Source: Pseudomonadota bacterium
GTDB lineage: Bacteria; Bdellovibrionota_B; Oligoflexia; Oligoflexales; CAIMVM01
Direction: 5' to 3'
Assembly (NCBI GenBank): GCA_037142195.1
Contig: JBAXBA010000081.1
Coordinates: 1-16,313, forward strand
DNA: 16,313 nt
The translations under genes were made by a program, and so were the position numbers. Of the stretch, positions 7,488-15,101 are shown piece by piece. The notes below the pieces were generated by a model, which was given only the letters and a program-made list of their open reading frames with translations, ran no database searches and was not told the origin of the DNA. Position 1 is the first letter of the stretch; each line of letters starts with the position of its first letter.

Positions 7488-8722
7488 GTGACTTTGTGAG
7501 CAATTTGCGAGCCACCCTTAGTCCCATCTACCTTACTAATTTTGGTTTATCTATTTTGCTGGGGGGTGGGTTCTTATTTCTATTGCCAAACCTTCCTCAG
7601 ATGCTGATTTTTTTCTACCTTGGCATCGGTGTTTCTTTTGTGGTTGGGGGGCAGGTTTGCCGTTGGCGACCTGAATGGAACCCCATAATCACATTATTAG
7701 GAAGTGTAATGGGGCTGCTTTGGGCGCTGTTTGTATGGGAAGTCACGAAGCCTTCCGGGTTTATAGGAGCAGAATCTACATGGATGGGGTTGGTGTTGGT
7801 CTTTGCCGCTTTTTTTGGGGGAATGAGACAATCACTTGCTTTGGGAGCAGTCTATCTTTTTGCTACTCAATTCCTACCAAATCATTATGGACCTAGCATC
7901 AATGTCAGCCTAAGCGACGTTCACTTTTTCTATGGGATGAGCTTTGCTACTTGCGCCATGGCACTTATACATTTTCTGCTCAAATTTCTGCAGTTATCTG
8001 TTGGTAGTGAGCTTATTTCTGAAATAAAAAGACAAGAAAGTCTGTCGAACACGGGCTGTCTTATTCGAGACCTTTATGGAGGAATCGCTCATGAGATAAA
8101 TAATCCTCTTCAAATTATAAACGGTAGCGCTTCCAGGATTTCACGACTTACTTTTGAATCGGAAAAGGAACGAAGAGAATCACTTTTGCTTCAACATAAG
8201 TTGATTAGCGCCTCTCAAATCATAGGTCTTTTTGTGAAATCACTGCATTCGAAAATGGAGACAGGAAAGGGAAATGAACTGACGCATTTTCTTTTGTCAG
8301 AGTCGGTCGAAAAGATTTTGACGGAACTCGGTCTAATTAACTATACTTTGGTGGAAGGGGATGGACAATTAGAAGTTTACACCCATCGAGAGTCGTTAGA
8401 GCAAATCATACGATCGCTCCTCCAAAATGCCAAAGAAGCGGCTTTAGCTGAGCAAATGCCTCATATTAAGATAAACTATCGAAATGCCTTCGGGCATATT
8501 GAACTATTTATATCCGACTTTGGTCAAGGAATTGAAGATGAGCATGCTGGAGCTGTTTTTGACCAGTTTTTTACCACTAAAAATTTTACTTTACATCTTG
8601 GTCTTGGGCTTTCTAATAGTCGTGCCGCTGCAGAACAATTGAAGGGTACTCTAGAGCTCATATCAGCAAAAAACCCAACTGTTTTTAAAGTGTTCCTACC
8701 TCAAGAAAGATGGGATATCTAG
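7484..8722 (+). CDS. Multi-TM sensor histidine kinase (HisKA + HATPase)
   Basis: About 6 hydrophobic segments; H box GGIAHEINNPL, N box LLQNA, G1 DFGQGI, F box FDQFFTTK and G2 HLGLGL. ATGA overlap with the previous gene. Confidence 0.9.
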   Translation: MSDFVSNLRATLSPIYLTNFGLSILLGGGFLFLLPNLPQMLIFFYLGIGVSFVVGGQVCRWRPEWNPIITLLGSVMGLLWALFVWEVTKPSGFIGAESTWMGLVLVFAAFFGGMRQSLALGAVYLFATQFLPNHYGPSINVSLSDVHFFYGMSFATCAMALIHFLLKFLQLSVGSELISEIKRQESLSNTGCLIRDLYGGIAHEINNPLQIINGSASRISRLTFESEKERRESLLLQHKLISASQIIGLFVKSLHSKMETGKGNELTHFLLSESVEKILTELGLINYTLVEGDGQLEVYTHRESLEQIIRSLLQNAKEAALAEQMPHIKINYRNAFGHIELFISDFGQGIEDEHAGAVFDQFFTTKNFTLHLGLGLSNSRAAAEQLKGTLELISAKNPTVFKVFLPQERWDI

Positions 8723-8725
8723 GGA

Positions 8726-8750
8726 AGAATCCTTCTTGAAGGATTTTCTT
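8726..8750 (+). terminator. Possible intrinsic terminator after the kinase pair
   Basis: AATCCTT-CTTG-AAGGATT hairpin (8728-8745) immediately after the stop, followed by TTCTT; the stem is AT-rich. Confidence 0.4.
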
Positions 8751-8978
8751 GATAGCAGATTTTTTTGCTGAATGATTTGGAAGAAGTGGAAAATAAAAAG
8801 CAAGCCTGCATGCGCGAAATTGTATAAGCTTCATGTGGCGGTGGAACTAATACTTCCCCTAAGGCGCACAAACCCTGATCCTGTATAAAAAGAAGGTGAA
8901 TTGTTGCGGGAAGTTTACTATGGTTAGACATGGGATAGTACTCTTATTTTTTTAATGTCCTGTCGGGAGATTGTTGTC

Positions 8979-10358
8979 ATGAAGCTAAAATTTTTGGGAG
9001 CAGCAAGAACTGTTACAGGGAGTCAGACGTTAGTTTCCCATAATGGCCGTAGTTTTTTGGTGGACTGTGGGATATTTCAGGGCCCAAAAGCGATCCGAGA
9101 GCTCAATTGGCAAATACCTAAAGACCTGAATAGGGTGGAAACAATTGTTTTGACTCACGCGCATTTAGATCATTCCGGACTTTTACCAAGGTGGGTGAAG
9201 TTAGGTTGGGAAGGAAAAGTTTATTGTACTCCCGCTACTTTCGATCTTCTTCAAATTCTTTTGTTAGATGCAGCTAAGCTTCAAGAGGAGGATGCAAGGT
9301 TTGCTAATAAAACTAAATATTCGAATCATAAGCCAGCTTTGCCTCTCTATGAAGAAAAGGATGCTTTGATGGCTCTAAGTTGTTTAGAGTCCATTGACTA
9401 TGATCAATGGGCAGAAATCCAGCCAGGTGTCTCAATTCAGTTTTTGCGGGCTGGGCACATCCTAGGAAGTGCTATTTTGCAGATTGCCTATAGTCAAGAA
9501 GAGGAATCTAGAATCATAACCTTTAGTGGGGATTTAGGTGGAGGGCATTCCGAAATTATTAAGCAGCCGGCTTCGTCTTTAGAGTCTACCCATCTCGTAG
9601 TGGAATCTACTTATGGAAACCGCAATGTAGAAACGAGTCATCGCGATGTAGATCTAGCTTCTGCCGTGAATAAGGTATGTAGACGCGGAGGAACCCTGGT
9701 GGTTCCTGCGTTTGCATTAGGCAGGACCCAGGATCTTCTGGTTTCCCTCTATCAGCTAAAGGCTGCAAAATTGATAGATGATTTTCCCATCTATTTAGAT
9801 AGCCCGATGGCAAATTCAGTAACTAAGGTTTACCTTTCCAATCAAAGGGAGCTTTTGCTTGAACATCGAAATTTAGATTTCCTAAAGGCTCTATCGCCGC
9901 CTTTCTTTACTCCGGTAGTTAGCACTGATGACTCTATGATCCTGTGTATGTCAAGGGAACCTAAGGTGGTGATTTCTGCGTCAGGCATGCTTCAAGGGGG
10001 AAGAGTCCTCAGGCATCTTGTTCACAAATTGAGAGATGAAAGAAACGGTGTGTTGTTTGTAGGCTTTCAGGGGGAAGGAACAAAAGGTCGGGTGCTTTTG
10101 GAAGGGGCCAAGAAAATGCGGATCTATCATGAAGAAATTGACGTAGAAGCGGAAATTTTTAGTATCGCTGGGTATTCCGCTCATGGCGATCAAAATGATA
10201 TTTTAGGTTGGGTAGAATCCTTTCGCTCTGAGCTTAAATCCATCTTTATCAACCATGGGGAAGCGGAAGCCGGTGAGGCGTTAGCAGAGAAACTGAGAAC
10301 TATTTCCAATGCAAGCATATTCAGGCCTGTTATGGGGGAAGAATTTAACCTCATTTAG
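8979..10358 (+). CDS. MBL-fold metallo-hydrolase with beta-CASP/RNA-specificity domain (bacterial CPSF73/TTHA0252-like ribonuclease)
   Basis: FLGAARTVTGS, VDCG, LTHAHLDHSG (HxHxDH), AGHILGS, FSGDLG, ESTYG, SAHGD and NHGE. Start at MKLKF (8979) follows GGGAG; the ORF track starts at 8955. Confidence 0.92.
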   Translation: MKLKFLGAARTVTGSQTLVSHNGRSFLVDCGIFQGPKAIRELNWQIPKDLNRVETIVLTHAHLDHSGLLPRWVKLGWEGKVYCTPATFDLLQILLLDAAKLQEEDARFANKTKYSNHKPALPLYEEKDALMALSCLESIDYDQWAEIQPGVSIQFLRAGHILGSAILQIAYSQEEESRIITFSGDLGGGHSEIIKQPASSLESTHLVVESTYGNRNVETSHRDVDLASAVNKVCRRGGTLVVPAFALGRTQDLLVSLYQLKAAKLIDDFPIYLDSPMANSVTKVYLSNQRELLLEHRNLDFLKALSPPFFTPVVSTDDSMILCMSREPKVVISASGMLQGGRVLRHLVHKLRDERNGVLFVGFQGEGTKGRVLLEGAKKMRIYHEEIDVEAEIFSIAGYSAHGDQNDILGWVESFRSELKSIFINHGEAEAGEALAEKLRTISNASIFRPVMGEEFNLI

Positions 10359-10455
10359 AGTTTAAAAAAACAAGTCTGCCGCCTCATCGAAAGTTGCAAA
10401 AGAGTTCTTATTTAGTTTTTAATAGCCTAAATTTTAAAACCTAAACAGGCATTAC

Positions 10456-11640
10456 TTAAATGCCATCTGAGACGGTCAGTTGTTTGTGCGCGAGTCGTGC
10501 CTTGGTCAATGCTGCCTCGACGGATTCACCAGTAGATAAAACGACTCCCAGGCGGCGGCGTGGCGTTGCGTTAGGTTTGCCGAAAAGTCTCAGCTCCGTA
10601 TCGGGAACGGAATAGAGTTCTTTGAGTCCTCTAAAATAAGGCGATTTCATAGACCCTGGCGCGCGAAGGGCTAAACTTGCACCAGGCGATGGACGAGCAA
10701 TCGAAGTGAATGGCAGTTTAAGAATGGCCCTAGCGTGGAGGCTAAACTGGCTCCAGCGTTGGGTTGCCATGGTGACCATGCCAGTGTCGTGAGGGCGTGG
10801 ACTGACCTCACTAAAGACGACAGCACCATCTTTTAAAAGAAAGAGTTCGACTCCAAATAATCCTAAACCGCCTAAATTGTCTGTTACTACTTTGGCAATG
10901 CCTTGAGCAAGGTCGAGCTGTTCCTGAGTCATGGGGTGTGGCTGCCAGCTTTCAACATAATCTCCACCTTCTTGCTTATGGCCAATAGGGTCGCAGAAAA
11001 ATGTACCGCTCACGGTTCTTATGGTGAGGAGGGTAATCTCGCTCTCAAAAGGAACAAATTCCTCTATGATCACTTTACCTTTTCCTGATCTTCCGCTCTC
11101 TTGTGATGTCTTCCAGGCAGCTTCGAGATCTGCTTTAGATTTTATCGTACTTTGTCCCTTACCGCTCGAACTCATGATCGGTTTGACTAAGCATGGAAGG
11201 CCGATTTTTTCGACGCCAGAGACAAATTCTTCAAAGGACTCTGCGAATCTGTATTTTGCCGTAGGCACCATTAATTTTTCGGCGGCTAGTCGGCGAATCC
11301 CCTCGCGGTCCATGGTTAGTTGAACTGCCCTTGCAGTTGGTACTACAAAAATCCCTTGATCTTCAAATTGAGGTAGGATGTCTGTGGCTATTGCCTCTAC
11401 TTCAGGAATGATCAAGTGCGGATTCACACTTGCTACAGCCTGCATAAGAAGAATGGGATTTAACATATCGAATACTAAGCTGTGTTGGGCCACTTGCATA
11501 GCAGGAGCGTGTTCATAGCGATCACATGCCCAAACTTCGACTCCTAGTCTTTGAAGCTCCATGGTGAGCTCCTTTCCAAGTTCGCCGCTTCCCAGTAGAA
11601 GTACTCTGGTTGCTTCTGAAGTGTAAGGTGTGCCGATCAT
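10456..11640 (-). CDS. purT: Formate-dependent phosphoribosylglycinamide formyltransferase
   Basis: IGTP...LLLGSGELGKE, APAMQVA, TMDREGIRRLAAE, KPIMSSSGKGQS, SEVSPRPHDTG and RLFGKP...RRLGV; GGGGAGG SD. Confidence 0.97.
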   Translation of the reverse strand: MIGTPYTSEATRVLLLGSGELGKELTMELQRLGVEVWACDRYEHAPAMQVAQHSLVFDMLNPILLMQAVASVNPHLIIPEVEAIATDILPQFEDQGIFVVPTARAVQLTMDREGIRRLAAEKLMVPTAKYRFAESFEEFVSGVEKIGLPCLVKPIMSSSGKGQSTIKSKADLEAAWKTSQESGRSGKGKVIIEEFVPFESEITLLTIRTVSGTFFCDPIGHKQEGGDYVESWQPHPMTQEQLDLAQGIAKVVTDNLGGLGLFGVELFLLKDGAVVFSEVSPRPHDTGMVTMATQRWSQFSLHARAILKLPFTSIARPSPGASLALRAPGSMKSPYFRGLKELYSVPDTELRLFGKPNATPRRRLGVVLSTGESVEAALTKARLAHKQLTVSDGI

Positions 11641-11674
11641 TTAAAACCTCCCCATTGCTATCTCTAAGCGTTAA

Positions 11675-11707
11675 TGGCCATTTTCTGCAACAAGCAAAAA
11701 ATGGCCA
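11675..11707. other. Hairpin between the DUF1993 gene and purT
   Basis: TGGCCATTTT-C-TGC pairs with GCA-A-AAAATGGCCA: a 13-bp stem with one mismatch and a 5-nt loop, with no U tail on the minus strand. Confidence 0.45.
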
Positions 11708-11767
11708 GATGACTTCTATCAGAGCACAAGTATCTTATAATTGAGGTACCTGCGGACTCAAAAGAAA

Positions 11768-12274
11768 CTATAAATCTCTATAATTGAGTTGACCTAAATA
11801 ATCACCTTTGCCGATTTCTAAGCCATTATGTCTAAGAATGGCATACGCAGTTGTAATATGAAAGTAGAAATTAGGAATGGAATACTGCCAGAAATATTCG
11901 TTACCTGGTAGGAATTTACCTTTGATCCAAGGACTGGTAGTTCTGATGTCATCAATGCCCTTAAAGTCATCTTCTTTAAAGCCTGAAATATAGTTCCGGG
12001 TCTTTTCAATGCGCGCCTTAAGCTCAGGAATGGTCTGTTCTGTATCTTCAAAAACAGGCGGAGTCTGGCCTGATAATTTAGCGGCCGTGAATTTGCAGGT
12101 GTCGGTGGCTATTTGGACCTGTTTAATGAAATGGAATTGGTCCGGAGCTAGTCTCGAATTGAGAAGCACTGCCGGCTCAATTTTCTTCTGCTCGGCAAAC
12201 AATTGCGCTTTGTCTAAGATGGCTGACAAATTGCCCAGAACTTTAGCATACTGTACTAGTGTTTCTTTAACCAT
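11768..12274 (-). CDS. DUF1993 family protein (DinB-like helical bundle)
   Basis: L.NLSAILDKA, RLAPDQFHF..QVQIATD, EL.ARI.KT and PNFYFHITTAYAILRHNG.EIGK.DYLG. Confidence 0.9.
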   Translation of the reverse strand: MVKETLVQYAKVLGNLSAILDKAQLFAEQKKIEPAVLLNSRLAPDQFHFIKQVQIATDTCKFTAAKLSGQTPPVFEDTEQTIPELKARIEKTRNYISGFKEDDFKGIDDIRTTSPWIKGKFLPGNEYFWQYSIPNFYFHITTAYAILRHNGLEIGKGDYLGQLNYRDL

Positions 12275-12465
12275 TTGTAAATTCCCTTGAAAAAGTTAGA
12301 CTCAATGGGATCGAGCATAGACGTGTTTGTCTTGAATAGCAAATGTTAGATCTGGCGAAAATTGTGGGATTTTTTGCCGAGAGCGTCCATGGGCTCTCAT
12401 TCCCTAAAAATCTGGTTTATGATTGCCAGGGAATTTCTATGGCCTGTATATAGGAGGGGGTGGGT

Positions 12466-12837
12466 ATGGATGATGCTTTCATCAAAGAAAGAAAAATTCG
12501 GGAAAAAGAGTTAAGACGAAAAATGTATCTTTCTGGAAAAGAGCGGCTTAAAAACGACCCCGTCCATCAAGCTAGGCTCCTCGAACAAAAGTTGCGCATG
12601 AAAGCTTATCGAGCTGCGCAAACCCAGAAGACTAAAGATAAGATTAAGAAAAAAAACCGTTCAGAAGCCGTTGATGACTCAGGGCTTAACGGTGGTGAAG
12701 AGCTGCCTTTAGTGCGCTCATCCCATAATCCTCTCGATCTTCTCATCCAAACGGCATCTGATTCCACACTTAGGCCGCTAGGAGAGATTATTTCTGTAGA
12801 TTTTCGCAACAAGATAAGGCGGGAAATGGAAGGATAG
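12466..12837 (+). CDS. Hypothetical protein with a basic, helical N-terminal half
   Basis: ORF of ~123 aa with a strong AGGAGG SD (12452-12457) before ATG 12466; no family recognised. Confidence 0.65.
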   Translation: MDDAFIKERKIREKELRRKMYLSGKERLKNDPVHQARLLEQKLRMKAYRAAQTQKTKDKIKKKNRSEAVDDSGLNGGEELPLVRSSHNPLDLLIQTASDSTLRPLGEIISVDFRNKIRREMEG

Positions 12838-12840
12838 TAT

Positions 12841-12858
12841 GCCTTGGCCTTCCAAGGC
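12841..12858. terminator. GC-rich hairpin between convergent genes (possible terminator)
   Basis: GCCTTGG-CCTT-CCAAGGC perfect 7-bp stem 3 nt after the stop; a second hairpin GAATGG/CCATTC lies at 12869-12887; U tails are weak. Confidence 0.45.
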
Positions 12859-12889
12859 CTGAGAGCTCGAATGGAGTCAACCCATTCCT

Positions 12890-13312
12890 TTAATGGAAAA
12901 ACAATTCTTTAGTACCTTCAGGCCAAGGGCCAGGCTTTTTTGTTTCTTTCAGAATACAAGTGAAAGTGAATTCACATTTAGAGAACAACTTTCCATCTTC
13001 ACTTGTCATTTTGCAAACAACCCTACATTCTTTCTCATGCCAGCCGGAAACATAGGATTCAATATGAAATACGCCATCTCCTTGAACTGACCTTAAAAAG
13101 TCGATCTTCAAATCTCTTGTCACAAAAACTAACGGCAGTTGTTCTATAGCTTTTAAATCCAAGCCACTTTCTTCTCGCATGCCCGTAAATCGATGCTCAA
13201 TATAATGGGCAAGATAATATACAGTATTCATATGACCAAAGGGATCAAGCTCGATAAATGAACAGCGGTGGGTGGTCTTAAATATTTTGGGTGATGGGTT
13301 CGTGTGAGGCAT
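12890..13312 (-). CDS. Acyl-CoA thioesterase (hot-dog fold, 4HBT/YbgC/FadM-like)
   Basis: F.ELDPFGHMN...Y..Y.E.R motif, 140 aa, AAGGAAGGAAG SD-like sequence. Confidence 0.88.
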   Translation of the reverse strand: MPHTNPSPKIFKTTHRCSFIELDPFGHMNTVYYLAHYIEHRFTGMREESGLDLKAIEQLPLVFVTRDLKIDFLRSVQGDGVFHIESYVSGWHEKECRVVCKMTSEDGKLFSKCEFTFTCILKETKKPGPWPEGTKELFFH

Positions 13313-13415
13313 GTCTTCCTTCCTTTACGATACTTGCGTGAGTAGCTGGTCATATCCTAGGCAGATGAGGTGATCTTAATGCCAACTTCTAAGTCATTTC
13401 TGGATTATGGCATAT

Positions 13416-13472
13416 TTCATTGAAAAAACTATGAATAAGTCCCAAAGGCAATCATCTATAAATATTTTTTAT
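13416..13472. promoter_or_regulatory. Putative LysR-type operator in the divergent thioesterase/M48 intergenic region
   Basis: ATA-N9-TAT (T-N11-A) dyad at 13458-13472 and a second dyad TTCAT-N10-ATGAA at 13416-13435. Confidence 0.35.
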
Positions 13473-13536
13473 CGATTTGTTTATTTTTTGGCGCTATAGA
13501 ACATAAGGCGAACGATTTTTTTTTGGAGTCCCTCTA

Positions 13537-14319
13537 ATGCCGTTTCTAATTTGGGCATTTCTGCTGGTTTTAAATTCCTGTACTTTAGGGTCCTCTGACG
13601 ACGATTCTCATGTTGTCTCTGGGGTCCGTCTATTAAGTGAGTCCCAAATGAATGAAATGGGGGAGCAATCTTACTTAAGTATTAAAAGCAAAACAAAAAT
13701 TTCCAGTGATCTGGTCATGAAAGAAAAGATTTTGCGCATTGGGAGGCGAATTGCAAAAGCCAGTGGCAAGAACTACAATTGGGAGTTTGAGCTATTTGAT
13801 GAGCCAAAAACCGTAAATGCTTTTTGTCTTCCTGGTGGAAAGATAGGCGTTTATACGGGAATTATTCCTATAGCAAAGAATGAAGCTGGCCTTGCTGCCG
13901 CTTTAGGCCATGAGGTAGCTCATGCACCTTTGAGTCATGGTAATGAGCGCGTGAGCCAAGGTCTCATTGCTTCTATAGGATTTGCTGCTATCGAGGCAGT
14001 TTTAGGAGATTCGCGCAATCGCGACGTGATTTTAGGGGGGCTTGGGATAGGAGCCCAATTTGGCATTCTCCTGCCTTTTTCAAGGAGTCATGAAAGCGCA
14101 GCGGATCAAGTTGGCACTCAATATATGGCCAAAGCCGGCTATGATCCAAGGGAGGCGAAAGAGCTATGGATACGCATGGCCGGAACAGGCGGCAAGGTAC
14201 CTGAGTTTATGTCGACTCATCCAGACCCATTAAGGCGAGCTAAAGTCCTAGAGCAAAATCTGTCGGAATTTCTTCCCATGTATCAAGTATCTGAAAAACA
14301 GCCGTCTAGACCCCTCTGA
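13537..14319 (+). CDS. M48 family zinc metallopeptidase lipoprotein (YggG/LoiP-like)
   Basis: Lipobox LNSC; WEF, VNAFCLPGGKIGVYTG, LGHEVAH (HExxH), FSRSHESAAD, MAKAGYDP and FMSTHP. Confidence 0.93.
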   Translation: MPFLIWAFLLVLNSCTLGSSDDDSHVVSGVRLLSESQMNEMGEQSYLSIKSKTKISSDLVMKEKILRIGRRIAKASGKNYNWEFELFDEPKTVNAFCLPGGKIGVYTGIIPIAKNEAGLAAALGHEVAHAPLSHGNERVSQGLIASIGFAAIEAVLGDSRNRDVILGGLGIGAQFGILLPFSRSHESAADQVGTQYMAKAGYDPREAKELWIRMAGTGGKVPEFMSTHPDPLRRAKVLEQNLSEFLPMYQVSEKQPSRPL

Positions 14320-14518
14320 TCTACATTAAGAGGAGGATTGTTCGTTTTGCCTGGCTTAGGTCGGATCCGCTAGAACGGCCGTGATCTTTGGGGAAAGCTT
14401 GCCCGTGGTGTCTCAACTAGCTCTACAATACCTCGACAAAATAAGGCGAGGAGCCAAAAAATTCCGGAGTAAATATCTTTAAGGCGCATAGGGCCATTCA
14501 GTCCCGAGAGGCGTTTTA

Positions 14519-14570
14519 CCAATGGAACTCTCCAATGGAAATCTGCAATGGAAATCTGAAATGAAAAGTA
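14519..14570. repeat. Degenerate 13-bp tandem repeat (about 4 copies) in the intergenic region
   Basis: CCAATGGAACTCT / CCAATGGAAATCT / GCAATGGAAATCT / GAAATGAAAAGTA. Confidence 0.75.
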
Positions 14571-14695
14571 TCCAACTACTGAAACAAACCTATTCCAATA
14601 ATCACGTTTATTCGTCTAAACAGAGATAGGTGGTGAGAGAGTCATAAAGTCTTTTTTACGAAGACTCAAAGACTCGACTATTAGAAGGATGTTTG

Positions 14696-14725
14696 AAAAA
14701 AGTGCGATAACTTTCTTATCGCACT
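14696..14725 (-). terminator. Rho-independent terminator of the glutaredoxin-like gene
   Basis: Perfect 10-bp stem AGTGCGATAA(14701-14710)/TTATCGCACT(14716-14725), 4 nt after the TGA, with a U-tract on the minus strand (A run 14696-14701). Confidence 0.85.
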
Positions 14726-14729
14726 GTAA

Positions 14730-15101
14730 TCATTTCTGTAAACGTTTTTGCAGTTCGCCGCTTGCGACTTCCTCTCGGAGATCGGCAAGTCCGCCAATCA
14801 ACGTAGAGTTAACGAAAATCTGGGGGTATGTTGGCCATCCTGACCATAATTTTATGGCTAGTCTTTCTTTCCACATGGAAAAATAGCTACCATACTCTAG
14901 ATAGGTATACCTAATATTCTGCTGATCTAAAAGCTGTCTGGCTTGCTTTACTACTGGGTTCTGTTTCATTCCGACAACCACGACGCGGTCTTGCGCTACT
15001 GTTTCCATTACCACCCGGACGATGTCCGGATGAAAATTTGAGATAGCTTTTAATGCTTGCGAGGAGATCTTATCCTTGCTTAAAACGGTTCTTTCGCTCA
15101 T
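14730..15101 (-). CDS. Glutaredoxin-fold protein lacking cysteine
   Basis: SGWPTYPQIFVN..LIGG...GEL is the monothiol-Grx-like GSH-binding signature; the active-site region reads GMKQNPVV; AAGGA SD. Confidence 0.85.
   Translation of the reverse strand: MSERTVLSKDKISSQALKAISNFHPDIVRVVMETVAQDRVVVVGMKQNPVVKQARQLLDQQNIRYTYLEYGSYFSMWKERLAIKLWSGWPTYPQIFVNSTLIGGLADLREEVASGELQKRLQK

Noticed and set aside
8719..8931. 70-aa minus-strand ORF between the kinase and the MBL nuclease
   Set aside because: No SD or motif; it occupies the expected terminator/promoter region of plus-strand genes
12350..12400. Resemblance to a ZTP (pfl) riboswitch (CTGGCGAAA..GTGGG..GAGAGCG..TGGGC) near purT
   Set aside because: It is on the opposite strand from purT, lacks the GACTGG and CGCCTGGGC elements, and is better explained as two simple hairpins (12354-12378 and 12379-12398)
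2652..14886. Short ORF-track entries overlapping real genes (2652, 3427, 4052, 4649, 4729, 6180, 7675, 9607, 9981, 10903, 11021, 11818, 12009, 12606, 12893, 14689)
   Set aside because: Antisense or alternate-frame shadows of better-supported genes with no independent coding evidence
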